Part shown: piece by piece, positions 50,577-60,335 of the stretch
Layout: each line of letters opens with the position of its first letter
Position numbering within the stretch: the stretch's first letter is position 1
Assembly (NCBI GenBank): GCA_965217895.1
Contig: CBDCJV010000002.1
Coordinates: forward strand, 4,576,001 to 4,640,000
Source: Waterburya sp.
GTDB lineage: Bacteria > Cyanobacteriota > Cyanobacteriia > Cyanobacteriales > Xenococcaceae
Length of the DNA: 64,000 nt
Direction: 5' to 3'
Program-made: the position numbers and the translations under genes
The notes under the pieces: model-generated
What the model was told of the DNA's origin: nothing
What the model saw: the letters and a program-made list of their open reading frames with translations, nothing else
Databases searched by the model: none

Positions 50577-52109
50577 CTAAGCTTCCTGTTTAGTGCGAGT
50601 AGATTTGTCACCCACTTTCTGATAGAAGCCCCATTCTACCTGTTCTTCTTCAAGCTCAGGGTCAACACCAGCAAATACGTCTCTGTACAGGGTACGAGAA
50701 CCATGCCAAATATGACCAAAGAAGAAGAATAAAGCAAATACAGCGTGTCCAAAAGTAAACCAACCACGAGGACTGGTACGGAATACACCGTCAGAGTTTA
50801 AGGTTTCAGTATCAAAGACAAAAGCTTCGCCCAACTGTGCTTTACGAGCATATTTCTTAACGGTTGCAGGATCATCAAAGGTTTGACCATCTAAAGCACC
50901 ACCGTAGAAAGCAACGCTAACGCCACTTTGCTCAACGCTGAGTTTAGACTCAGCGCGTCGGAAAGGAATGTCGGCTCTAACAACGCCATCAGCGTCAGTC
51001 AAGACCACAGGGAATGTTTCAAAGAAGTTAGGCATACGACGAACGTTTAGCTCACGACCTTCGCTATCGGTAAAGACAGCGTGTCCCAACCATTCTTGAG
51101 CGATACCATCTCCACTATCCATTGCGCCTGTACGGAACAAACCACCTTTAGCAGGACTGTTGCCTACATAGTCATAAAAAGCTAATTTCTCAGGAATTCT
51201 AGACCATGCTTCGGAACGAGTTAGACCATCATCTAAGCCAGTTTCCACTCGACGTTGGATTTCTTGTTGGAAATATCCCTGATCCCACTGATAACGAGTA
51301 GGTCCAAATAATTCAATGGGGGTTGTGGCATTTCCGTACCACATTGTACCTGTAACCACGAAAGCTGCGAAAAATACCGCTGCAATACTGCTAGAAAGTA
51401 CCGTTTCGATGTTCCCCATCCGCAAAGCTTTATAAAGTCTTTCTGGAGGTCGAACGCTCAGGTGGAAAAGCCCAGCAATAATACCCACAATGCCCGCTGC
51501 AATGTGGTGTGCTACCACACCACCAGGATTAAACGGGTTAAATCCTCCTGGCCCCCATTCGGGTGCTACTGGTTGAACATGACCAGTCACTCCAAAGGCA
51601 TCTGATACCCACATTCCTGGTCCCCATAGACCTGTGAGGTGGAATGCACCAAAACCAAAGCAAAGTAGACCAGATAAGAATAAATGGATACCAAACATTT
51701 TTGGTAAATCTAAAGCTGGTTGACCAGTCCGCTGATCTACGAATAGCTCCAAATCCCAATAAACCCAATGCCATACTGCTGCTAAAAACAGTAAGCCAGA
51801 CAAAATGATATGAGCGATCGCAACGCCTTCAAAAGACCAGATTCCAGCACTTGCGCCAGTTTCGCCAGTAACGCTCCAGCCACCCCAAGATGTATCAACA
51901 CCCAAGCGAGCCATAAAAGGTAATACATACATACCTTGTCGCCACATTGGGTTTAATACAGCATCACTAGGATCAAATGTTGCTAGCTCAAACAGAGCCA
52001 TCGAACCTGCCCAGCCCGCCACTAATGCGGTGTGCATCAGGTGGACTGAAATTAGCCGCCCTGGATCATTCAGGACGACTGTATGAACTCGATACCAAGG
52101 TAGTCCCAT
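50577..52109 (-). CDS. psbB: Photosystem II CP47 chlorophyll-binding protein
   Basis: [27 protein letters not shown]...GHIWHG. Confidence 0.99.
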   Translation of the reverse strand: MGLPWYRVHTVVLNDPGRLISVHLMHTALVAGWAGSMALFELATFDPSDAVLNPMWRQGMYVLPFMARLGVDTSWGGWSVTGETGASAGIWSFEGVAIAHIILSGLLFLAAVWHWVYWDLELFVDQRTGQPALDLPKMFGIHLFLSGLLCFGFGAFHLTGLWGPGMWVSDAFGVTGHVQPVAPEWGPGGFNPFNPGGVVAHHIAAGIVGIIAGLFHLSVRPPERLYKALRMGNIETVLSSSIAAVFFAAFVVTGTMWYGNATTPIELFGPTRYQWDQGYFQQEIQRRVETGLDDGLTRSEAWSRIPEKLAFYDYVGNSPAKGGLFRTGAMDSGDGIAQEWLGHAVFTDSEGRELNVRRMPNFFETFPVVLTDADGVVRADIPFRRAESKLSVEQSGVSVAFYGGALDGQTFDDPATVKKYARKAQLGEAFVFDTETLNSDGVFRTSPRGWFTFGHAVFALFFFFGHIWHGSRTLYRDVFAGVDPELEEEQVEWGFYQKVGDKSTRTKQEA

Positions 52110-52432
52110 AGACTACGTTCCTCCTATTAATTAAATAAAATTTGTTTAGTGTAACCAAATATTTTAGGATAACCAGTTAACCACTTTTGGTGGCATCAAT
52201 AGTTGGCTGTTATTTTGTAATTTGTATTTGTGTCTCAAACCTTGTGGTTGCCCAGAAAACTCGGACTTTTACCGATAAAAAATGAGCTTAGGCAAGGATG
52301 AATTGAAAATACTATTTATTTAAAGAAGTGTAACTATTGTTAGAACCTATTGCAAGATATATCGACTGTTATCGACAAATGTAAATTTATATTACAAAAA
52401 TGATAACAAATAGATTTTTAATGAATACAGCT

Positions 52433-52747
52433 TTAATTATTGGCAGATGAATTAAAGATCGATTCAGAACTAGCCAACATATCAATTACTTGTTCAGCAC
52501 CGATCAAACGTCTAAGTACAACTTGCCCAATGATGGATGCAGCTTGGGTATTTGTCTGAGGTTTGACCTCAATCATCAGTACAGCATCTTCAACTGCGTA
52601 AAGCCAGAGAACCTCATCTTGCTGAAGAATACCACAGTCAAGACGTTTTATTTCGGGCTTGCGTCCCCAACTATGTTGATCCCACAGTCCACCGAATTCC
52701 CATACCCTACTATAAGTCCAACCCTCACTCAGAAAAAAATATTTCAC
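52433..52747 (-). CDS. Conserved cyanobacterial hypothetical protein
   Basis: MKYFFLSEGW...RVWEFGGLW...IGQVVLRRLI. Confidence 0.7.
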   Translation of the reverse strand: MKYFFLSEGWTYSRVWEFGGLWDQHSWGRKPEIKRLDCGILQQDEVLWLYAVEDAVLMIEVKPQTNTQAASIIGQVVLRRLIGAEQVIDMLASSESIFNSSANN

Positions 52748-52979
52748 AGTGCCAATAGATAGTTATTTATTTAATAAAATAATTACATGGTGATAAAATT
52801 CATCAAACTGACGATACCCCATTGACTCATAAAGATTTTGACCAATTTTATTAGTTACTTCTGTAGACAGGATAATACGAAAAGAGCGAATGAATAAGAA
52901 AAGCTGATAGCTATTAGCTGATAGCTAATAGCTATTAACCGACAAATCAAATACGAAGCTACTCATCAGTCACAGTAAC

Positions 52980-53159
52980 TTACACCTTCTCTTCAGGAAA
53001 AGTTTCGTTAAATTCTTCAATTAACTCGTCTAGTTCTTCTAGTGCTTGGTCTACGTCTATGCGAAGAGTTCCCAAACTTGGTCTTTCTAGCAGTTCTACC
53101 AAAGAATCTCGTTTTGCAGCCATTTGAGCAATCTTAGCTTTGATATCAGTTTTGTCCAT
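52980..53159 (-). CDS. Small conserved helical hypothetical protein
   Basis: From MDKTDIK; LGTLRIDVDQALEELDELIEEF; ATG 53159 avoids overlap with the divergent gene. Confidence 0.7.
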   Translation of the reverse strand: MDKTDIKAKIAQMAAKRDSLVELLERPSLGTLRIDVDQALEELDELIEEFNETFPEEKV

Positions 53160-53229
53160 AATTTTTTTTTGTAAGTATCCAATAGCTTTAGAATAGACAA
53201 TATTGATAAATATAAACAAACTTTTAATT

Positions 53230-53769
53230 ATGTTGCGAAAAATACCCTTGGCTGCTGTAGGTTTAACTGTGGGCGGGATTTTAACCATTGTTGGTTTTTA
53301 TGCCTATGCCGTAGGCATGAATACTCTTAATTTAGCAGGATTCTTTTATGGTATTCCTTTACTATTAGGCGGTTTAGCTCTCAAAGCATCAGAACTCAAG
53401 CCAGTACCTTATACCGTTGAAACCAGTCCTGAAGTTAAAGAATTGCGATCGCAGGCAACTATAACTCAAGAGCAGCTACGTAAAGATGTAACTCGTTATC
53501 GCTATGGACAAGAAGCCCATTTAGATGAATCTCTAGGCAAGTTTGGCTTAAGTCCTACGGATGAAGAAAGACCAATCTTAGTTGGGCTTCAAGAACAATC
53601 AAGAGATGGTGCTTATACATTGCTAATGGAATTTTACTCGCCTTTTTTCTCTTTAGAAGAATGGCAGAAAAGACACGAGAAAATAGAGAAGTTTTTTGGT
53701 CCGAATATTAAGCTGGAAATTACTGAAGCAGATAAATCTAAAATTGATCTAGCTTTGATTAAGTCTTAG
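53230..53769 (+). CDS. DUF2854 family membrane protein
   Basis: GFFYGIPLLLGGLALKASELKP, RKDVTRYRYG, KFFGP. Confidence 0.88.
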   Translation: MLRKIPLAAVGLTVGGILTIVGFYAYAVGMNTLNLAGFFYGIPLLLGGLALKASELKPVPYTVETSPEVKELRSQATITQEQLRKDVTRYRYGQEAHLDESLGKFGLSPTDEERPILVGLQEQSRDGAYTLLMEFYSPFFSLEEWQKRHEKIEKFFGPNIKLEITEADKSKIDLALIKS

Positions 53770-54048
53770 GTTTGAAATTTTCAAGCGATCGCCTGTACTA
53801 AAAAAATGAAATATTGACTTAGCATCGCTAAATATGGTTTAATTGAAATATTAACTTCAGAATGGAAGTGGGTTGACTTAAATTTTAGCGTCACTACTCC
53901 CACTATAAAAATAATTTTATCATTAAAGCGATCGCCACACAAACCCCAAATTCAAAAATTGTCGTGCTGGGTCAGATAGAGTTTATCGTTTCATCGTTTC
54001 AGTTAGACTATCTTTTATTAATCGCTAATAGAGCATCTTTCATAAGCA

Positions 54049-54669
54049 TTAACCAGCGTAACCCTTATCGATCGCTAAATTACGCCCATGTGCTGCTGCA
54101 ACAGCTAGGCGATCGCACCTTTCGTTTTCGCTTATGCCTGAATGAGCTTTTACCCAGACAAATTGAACATCATGTATTTTGCAAAGATCGAGTAATTCCT
54201 GCCACAGATCGGGATTTTTAGCCATTTCCTTGGCATTTCTGCGCCAGCCGTTAGCCTGCCATTTTTTTGCCCAGCCTTTGACTACGGCATCAACAATATA
54301 TTTGGAGTCACTATGCAGCTTGACTTTAGAATTAGACTTGAGAGATTCTAAAGCGGCGATCGCACCCATCATTTCCATACGGTTGTTGGTAGTAAGCTTG
54401 TAGCCTCCAGAAATTTCTTCGCGGCGATCGCCATCTATAATTACCGCGCCATATCCCCCTGCTCCAGGATTACCAGTACAAGCACCATCGGTGTAGATTA
54501 TGATGGTTTCTTGGGAAGTAGATCTAGATGATTTTGGTTTGAGATTTATAGTCAGCTTAGAAGATTTTGCAGTTTGGGGTTGAAGAGATTTGATATAGTC
54601 TAAAACATCAGGTAACAAGGATTCAGGAAGAGATTCAATTTCTGTCGTAATTTTGTGCTTATAATCCAT
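54049..54669 (-). CDS. rnhA: Ribonuclease HI with N-terminal extension
   Basis: IYTDGACTGNPG, TTNNRMEM, DSKY, KNPDLW, WVKAHSG...NERCDRLA. Confidence 0.95.
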   Translation of the reverse strand: MDYKHKITTEIESLPESLLPDVLDYIKSLQPQTAKSSKLTINLKPKSSRSTSQETIIIYTDGACTGNPGAGGYGAVIIDGDRREEISGGYKLTTNNRMEMMGAIAALESLKSNSKVKLHSDSKYIVDAVVKGWAKKWQANGWRRNAKEMAKNPDLWQELLDLCKIHDVQFVWVKAHSGISENERCDRLAVAAAHGRNLAIDKGYAG

Positions 54670-54764
54670 TGCTAACAAGCGTAATTTTACGCCTTACATG
54701 ATAGTTTATTTGCAGAGTTTTCGGTCTTGTGGATACTTGCTGTTGATTCATTACTCATAAATTT

Positions 54765-55424
54765 ATGTCAGTTAACAAAGTATTTTTATTTGTACCGAAC
54801 ATTATTGGCTATAGCAGATTTATCTTTTATTCAATTAGCTTTATTTGTCATACACTCGACAACTGGCAACTTTGTATTAGCTTTTATGCGATCGCCTTTA
54901 TTTTAGATGAATTTGATGGTCGTGCTGCCAGAGCCTATAATCAAAGCAGTAACTTTGGTGCAGCCCTTGATATGGTTGCGGATCGCACGGCTACGGCGGG
55001 TTTGTGTTTAATTTTGGCGCAATTATATCCTAATTATTTATTAGCCTTTATTGGTGCAATCGCTCTTGACGTTAGTAGCCACTATTATTTAATCTACGCT
55101 ACGGGGATGCTAGGTAAAACCAGCCATAAAGATTCGACTGAGTGGGCAACTAATGGACTAATGAAGCTTTATTATGGCAACAAGCCTTTTATGGATGTGT
55201 CGATCTTAGGAAATGAATTATTTTATATTTTGCTTTATCTCAATTTTTATCTTATTGGTGGTCATTTGACAATCAATGATTGGAATTTTACTGGAGTCCA
55301 AATAGCTCTAATAATTTGTATCCCAATTTATTTGCTCAAACAAGCTACTAATGTTTTACAGTTGCAGAGTGCAGCACAAGAAATTGCTAAATTAGATTTA
55401 ATCAGCCAAGAAGAAAATAATTAA
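54765..55424 (+). CDS. CDP-alcohol phosphatidyltransferase, eukaryotic phosphatidylinositol synthase-like
   Basis: Signature DEFDGRAAR...G...D...D, plus PIS-type blocks FLFVPNIIGY, LDVSSH, SHK, GNELFYILLYL. Confidence 0.88.
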   Translation: MSVNKVFLFVPNIIGYSRFIFYSISFICHTLDNWQLCISFYAIAFILDEFDGRAARAYNQSSNFGAALDMVADRTATAGLCLILAQLYPNYLLAFIGAIALDVSSHYYLIYATGMLGKTSHKDSTEWATNGLMKLYYGNKPFMDVSILGNELFYILLYLNFYLIGGHLTINDWNFTGVQIALIICIPIYLLKQATNVLQLQSAAQEIAKLDLISQEENN

Positions 55425-55630
55425 CCCGAACTTGCGCTAAAAATAACTTGCTAATTAATTGGTCAAATCGACAAAGATTACCAGCAGCGATCTCATTTGC
55501 AATTAACCTTACGTAGTTTACTCTTTTGTTCCTCAGGATTTCGCTTAAAAATTCAGGCGATCGCTAAATCTAGTCCGCTATTGTACAAGCCTGAAATTAG
55601 ATTAAAAAGATTCTCTTTACCTAAGTAATT

Positions 55631-58093
55631 ATGGCGAAAATTCTCAACCGACAACAAGCATTTGGCGCACCAGGTATCGAACCCCGCTGGACTCACTCTA
55701 ATAAAGATGGAGTAGGTACGGCATATTCAACTTCTAGTAAAGTTTGGTTTACCCTTTGGAAAGGAATTTTAACCGAGGTTTATTTCCCCTTTATCGATCA
55801 GCCTCAAGTTAGAGACTTACAGTATTTAATTACTGACGGACAAAGCTTCTTTCATGAAGAAAAGCGCGATTTAAAATCACAAACCGAACTACTTTGGAAT
55901 TGGGGTTTGGGTTATCGCCTTACTAACACCGCACCCGATGAAAGTTACAGCATAGTTAAACAAGTAATTAGCGATCCTCATTCTGATTGCATACTGCAAC
56001 ACACTAAGCTTACAGGTGACTCTTCTGTCCTCGATCGCCTTAAACTATATGCTCTTTGTGCGCCTCATTTGAACATTAGTGGCTGGGGTAATAATGGCTA
56101 TGTAATTGAAGTAGGCGATCGCAAGTTCCTAGTAGCCAACAAGGGCGATAAATGGCTAGTTGTTGGTGCTACCGTCCCTTTTAAAAAGCTTTCTTGTGGT
56201 TATGTCGGCAACAGCGATGGCTGGCAGGATTTAGCCGATAACTATCAGATGGATTGGGAATTCGATCGCGCCGAAAACGGTAATATAGGTTTGACGGGAG
56301 AACTAGATTTAACCAAAACTAAAGAATTTACTTTAGGATTAGCCTTTGGCTTCAGTTTAGAAAATGCCCTGGCTAATTTATTACAATCTTTAAATACTTC
56401 TTTCGAGCAACAACAGCAAACTTTTAAACAGCAGTGGTTACGAACCTGTGATAAGCGTTTACCTTTAGAAAGTCAATCGAGTGACAATGGTAATTTATAT
56501 CATACTAGCGTTAGTTTATTACTAGCTCACGAAGATAAAACCTATAGTGGTGCAACGATCGCGGCGATGAGTTTTCCTTGGGGAGAAAAAAAGGGAGATG
56601 GCGATCGCGGTGGCTATCATTTAGTCTGGACAAGGGATATGGTCAACAGCGTTACTGGACTGATGGCAGCAGGTCATACTGATACAGCAGTAAGAGCGTT
56701 AACCTATTTAGTAACTTGTCAGCACGAAGACGGCAGCTTTGCTCAAAACTTCTGGTTGAATGGTGAGCCTTATTGGCAAGGAATGCAGCTAGATGAAGTA
56801 GCTTTTCCGCTCTTACTAGCCGACGCGCTAGAACGAGTCGATGCCCTGCCAGTTTTTGATGTCTATCCCATGATTATTCGAGCAGCGGGATATCTAATTC
56901 GCCAAGGGCCCGCGACTCAGCAAGAACGTTGGGAAGAAGACGGGGGCTATTCTCCCTCTACCCTAGCTTGTAATATTGCAGCCCTAATTTGTGCAGCGAG
57001 GTTTGCCCGTCAACGAGGAGATGAAGTCACTGCTCAGTATATTGAAGAGTATGCCGACTTTTTAAAAGACCACACCGAAGCTTGGACGGTAACGACACAA
57101 GGAACGCTCCTACCAGAAATTAAGCGACATTTTGTCAGAATTACCCCAGCTAAAGTAGATGTTCCCCATCCCAATGAAGACCCGAACAACAGTACCATAA
57201 TTCTTTCGGCTCGTCCTCCTGGAACTGAATCAGAATTCTCAGAAAACAAATCGGCAGAATTTCCGACTAAAGAGGTAGTAGATGCAGGATTTTTATTATT
57301 TGTCCGCTATGGCATCATCGCTGCTGACGACCCCTTAATTATTGATTCTCTTAAAGTTATCGATGCAGTTCTTAAGGTCGATACTCCTTATGGTTCAGTT
57401 TGGCGAAGATTTAATCACGACTGGTACGGACAGAAAGAAGATGGTAGTGCCTATCAAGGCGTGGGTGTGGGACGCGCCTGGCCCCTGTTAGCTGGTGAAC
57501 GCGCTCACTACGAACTAGCTGCGGGAAATGATGTCACCCCGTTTATTAAAGCAATAGAAGGTTTTGCTTCCGATACTGGTCTGTTGACCGAACAAGTTTG
57601 GGACAGCGATGATATACCCGACGCACATATGTACTTGGGCAGACCCACAGGTGCAGCAATGCCCTTAATGTGGGCGCACGCGGAATATACCAAGCTCTTA
57701 CGTTCTTGTAAAGATAAACGAGTTTTTGACTATATTCCCGAAGTGGGCGATCGCTATCTTAATGCGCGTTCCCTTGCGCCTGACGGCGACGCGGGGTCGC
57801 ATCGCTACTTAAACAACTATAAATCCCAAGCTTTAGAAGTCTGGAAGTTTCACCGCCAGGTAACAACTGTTGCTCAAGGCAATACGCTCAGGATACAGAC
57901 CGAGAAAGCGTTTAAACTACGCTGGACACAAGACGAATGGCAGACCCAGCAAGATCTTGAATCAACCGCGATCGCACCTTTAAATCTTAATTATGCCGAT
58001 CTCAAATGTGAGCGATTGCGGATCGAGTTTACCTTCTTTTGGACTGATAGCAGCAATTGGTCTGAGTGTAATTATACCGTTGAAGTTATCTAG
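55631..58093 (+). CDS. Glucoamylase / glucan 1,4-alpha-glucosidase (GH15)
   Basis: AFGAPGIEPRWT, GGYHLVWTRD, QERWEE, GRAWPLLAGER, EQVWD, PLMWAHAEY. Confidence 0.93.
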   Translation: MAKILNRQQAFGAPGIEPRWTHSNKDGVGTAYSTSSKVWFTLWKGILTEVYFPFIDQPQVRDLQYLITDGQSFFHEEKRDLKSQTELLWNWGLGYRLTNTAPDESYSIVKQVISDPHSDCILQHTKLTGDSSVLDRLKLYALCAPHLNISGWGNNGYVIEVGDRKFLVANKGDKWLVVGATVPFKKLSCGYVGNSDGWQDLADNYQMDWEFDRAENGNIGLTGELDLTKTKEFTLGLAFGFSLENALANLLQSLNTSFEQQQQTFKQQWLRTCDKRLPLESQSSDNGNLYHTSVSLLLAHEDKTYSGATIAAMSFPWGEKKGDGDRGGYHLVWTRDMVNSVTGLMAAGHTDTAVRALTYLVTCQHEDGSFAQNFWLNGEPYWQGMQLDEVAFPLLLADALERVDALPVFDVYPMIIRAAGYLIRQGPATQQERWEEDGGYSPSTLACNIAALICAARFARQRGDEVTAQYIEEYADFLKDHTEAWTVTTQGTLLPEIKRHFVRITPAKVDVPHPNEDPNNSTIILSARPPGTESEFSENKSAEFPTKEVVDAGFLLFVRYGIIAADDPLIIDSLKVIDAVLKVDTPYGSVWRRFNHDWYGQKEDGSAYQGVGVGRAWPLLAGERAHYELAAGNDVTPFIKAIEGFASDTGLLTEQVWDSDDIPDAHMYLGRPTGAAMPLMWAHAEYTKLLRSCKDKRVFDYIPEVGDRYLNARSLAPDGDAGSHRYLNNYKSQALEVWKFHRQVTTVAQGNTLRIQTEKAFKLRWTQDEWQTQQDLESTAIAPLNLNYADLKCERLRIEFTFFWTDSSNWSECNYTVEVI

Positions 58094-58366
58094 ACTATCT
58101 GCCTTATATTGCTTTGTTATTTGGCGTTGCTGGATCGAGGCATAACTTAGCCCCCAGTCCCATAGTTTTGTAGTCTCCCAGTCTCCTAGTCAGTCATCTG
58201 TAGCCAACATAAATAGAAACGGTATTAGGGGGCAGTTAATAAACTTTAAAAAATGAGAGTTTTTCATTTGAAGATCCTTAGTCCCGCAAAACTTAAGTTT
58301 CTCTCTGAGATTGAAAAGTGTTAATTTGAGTATGCTGATTTATTTGCGACACGAGCGGAAACTGAT

Positions 58367-59263
58367 ATGCCAGAGTTAACTCACCACAATCGCTACCGCT
58401 TCTCGCCAATTGTCGATCGCCCCGACTTCTTTTGGCCAGATGGTAAGCGTCTAGCAGTCTATATTGGCGTTAACATTGAGTGGTTTGCTTTTAACGAGGA
58501 GGGTGGCGCAGTACTAGCATCCTCTAACCACACACCAGATGTACTCAACTACGCTTGGCGCGACTACGGTAACAGGGTCGGCATCTGGCGAATGCTCGAT
58601 CTGTTCGATAAACTTGAATTGCCTGTGGTAGCGTTGCTGAACAGTGCGATCTGCGATCGCGCTGACCAAATTGTTCGGGCTTTTCAGTCGCGGGGGGATG
58701 AGATTGTGGCTCACGGTCACACAAACTCGACTCAGCCAGGTCAACTCAGCCGTTCGGACGAGCAGGCAATGATTGAGAAAGTGAGAGAGCGTCTGATAAA
58801 GGCGACTGGGACAGCACCGAAAGGCTACCTTGCACCACTTATTTCTGAGTCCGTTCATACCCCAGATCTTTTAGACGAAGCTGGTTGTGAGTACCTTTTA
58901 GACTGGGCGCACGACGAGCAGCCAGTTTGGTTCGATACAGAAACGAAGAACGGAAAAGGGCGTATTCTCTCAGTTCCCTATCCGCAGGAACTCAACGACG
59001 TACCACAGATTATGGGTCGCCGTCGCGAAGCACCTGAGTTTGCAGAGATGATCGCGTCTGCATTCGATTTGCATCAGCGAGAATGCGCCACTCGCCCAGT
59101 TGTGATGGGAATCGCGCTGCATCCTTATCTAATGGGACAGGCACATCGATTCGCCCATTTGGAACGCGCTTTAAGCGACATAAAAGAGCGGGCGGGTGCT
59201 GAGACATGGTTCACGACAACTGGAGCTATCAATTCCCACTTTCGCAGTCTTAAAATAAACTAA
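58367..59263 (+). CDS. Polysaccharide deacetylase (CE4) PuuE-like protein
   Basis: NYAWRDYGNRVGIWR, EIVAHG, PYPQELND, IALHPYLMGQ. Confidence 0.88.
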   Translation: MPELTHHNRYRFSPIVDRPDFFWPDGKRLAVYIGVNIEWFAFNEEGGAVLASSNHTPDVLNYAWRDYGNRVGIWRMLDLFDKLELPVVALLNSAICDRADQIVRAFQSRGDEIVAHGHTNSTQPGQLSRSDEQAMIEKVRERLIKATGTAPKGYLAPLISESVHTPDLLDEAGCEYLLDWAHDEQPVWFDTETKNGKGRILSVPYPQELNDVPQIMGRRREAPEFAEMIASAFDLHQRECATRPVVMGIALHPYLMGQAHRFAHLERALSDIKERAGAETWFTTTGAINSHFRSLKIN

Positions 59264-59305
59264 TAGATATCTGATGTGAATTAAAACTTGCTTTTAAAAT
59301 AGCTT

Positions 59306-59503
59306 ATACCAATTCTCGAAAATAATGAGAGACTTGGGACAAGATAAGTTCTTAGCTTTTGGCTTTTAGCTTTTAGACGGGCGGTATAAACGCTTGGAGA
59401 AACCCGAAGCGACACGCTCTACTTTTAGCTCTCATGAAAACTTAGGCTTTTTTATTAACCTAAGAATTTGTTGATCTCGACCGCTACTTTTAAGAATTGG
59501 TAT
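59306..59503. mobile_element. MITE-like element
   Basis: ATACCAATTCT ... AGAATTGGTAT with internal TAGCTTT heptamers. Confidence 0.6.
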
Positions 59504-59546
59504 TATGTTGTAAAGATACTAGGTTTTTTGAGTTATGAGCGGGTAA

Positions 59547-59883
59547 TTATACTAAATCCTGTTGTGGGTGTTCTACCCATTGGAGGAACCGAACTGGCGC
59601 GGTCTGTGACCCGTTGAAGCGCAAAGCAGGAAATTCAAAGAAAGAGCCGTCAGCAAGCTTCAAACGTTTATCTTTTGGCGGTGGAGAGTCCTGCATCCAA
59701 ACCATTTTTATCGGGTCGCTTTCGCCAGCAGAAAGATATTGTTGTTTTTGGTTATCTTGTGCAGATGAATTCATGGTGATAAAAAATACAACAAGAAGTA
59801 TAGTTGCGATCGCTAATAGGTTTTTAAAAGTACAAGAAAATGATAAAGGACTATTTTTTTGCTTCGTTTAATTGTGTTTTCAT
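59547..59883 (-). pseudogene. N-terminal remnant of a secreted serine hydrolase (NylB / beta-lactamase-like)
   Basis: SDPIKMVWMQDSPPPKDK...ADGSFFEFPALR; signal-like segment upstream, ATG 59883 out of frame at an A-run; truncated before the catalytic SxxK. Confidence 0.55.
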
Positions 59884-60040
59884 GTATCTTAAGTAAACTA
59901 TCTAAGTTAAGCCTCGTCCATGAGGAATTTATGAAGAGAATTTTTTTTCAGAACAAAACAAAGTAATGTTGGTGAGCATTTGCGCTAATTGATTACACAA
60001 GTGCGCTCTTTTAACTAATTTTTTAGGAGCGCAAACTAAA

Positions 60041-60335
60041 CTTTACCAGCTCCTTCGGAGCTAAAGTAGCAAGTAACAGACGCGCTTCGCGTCTCGCCGT
60101 TCCTTTGGAACGTCGGCGAACTCCAGTTCGCGCAAGTAGCAATTAAGTAATAAGCTCCGAAGTTGGTATAAAGCCTCGCATCGCAGCGCATTCCCAAACG
60201 GCTTGCAAAGCCGTGGGGTCGCTGCTCCTTTAAAGACGAAAAGAAACAAATCACAACTCAATATTGGAATCCTTTTTCTTCAGAAAGAGGTAAAACTTGC
60301 TACTTGCTACTTGAGCGCAAAGCGCGATACTTGCT
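60041..60335. repeat. Cluster of nested GC-rich palindromic repeats and AAGTAGC heptamers
   Basis: Contains GTCGGCGAACTCCAGTTCGCGC, the exact reverse complement of 34141-34162. Confidence 0.7.
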
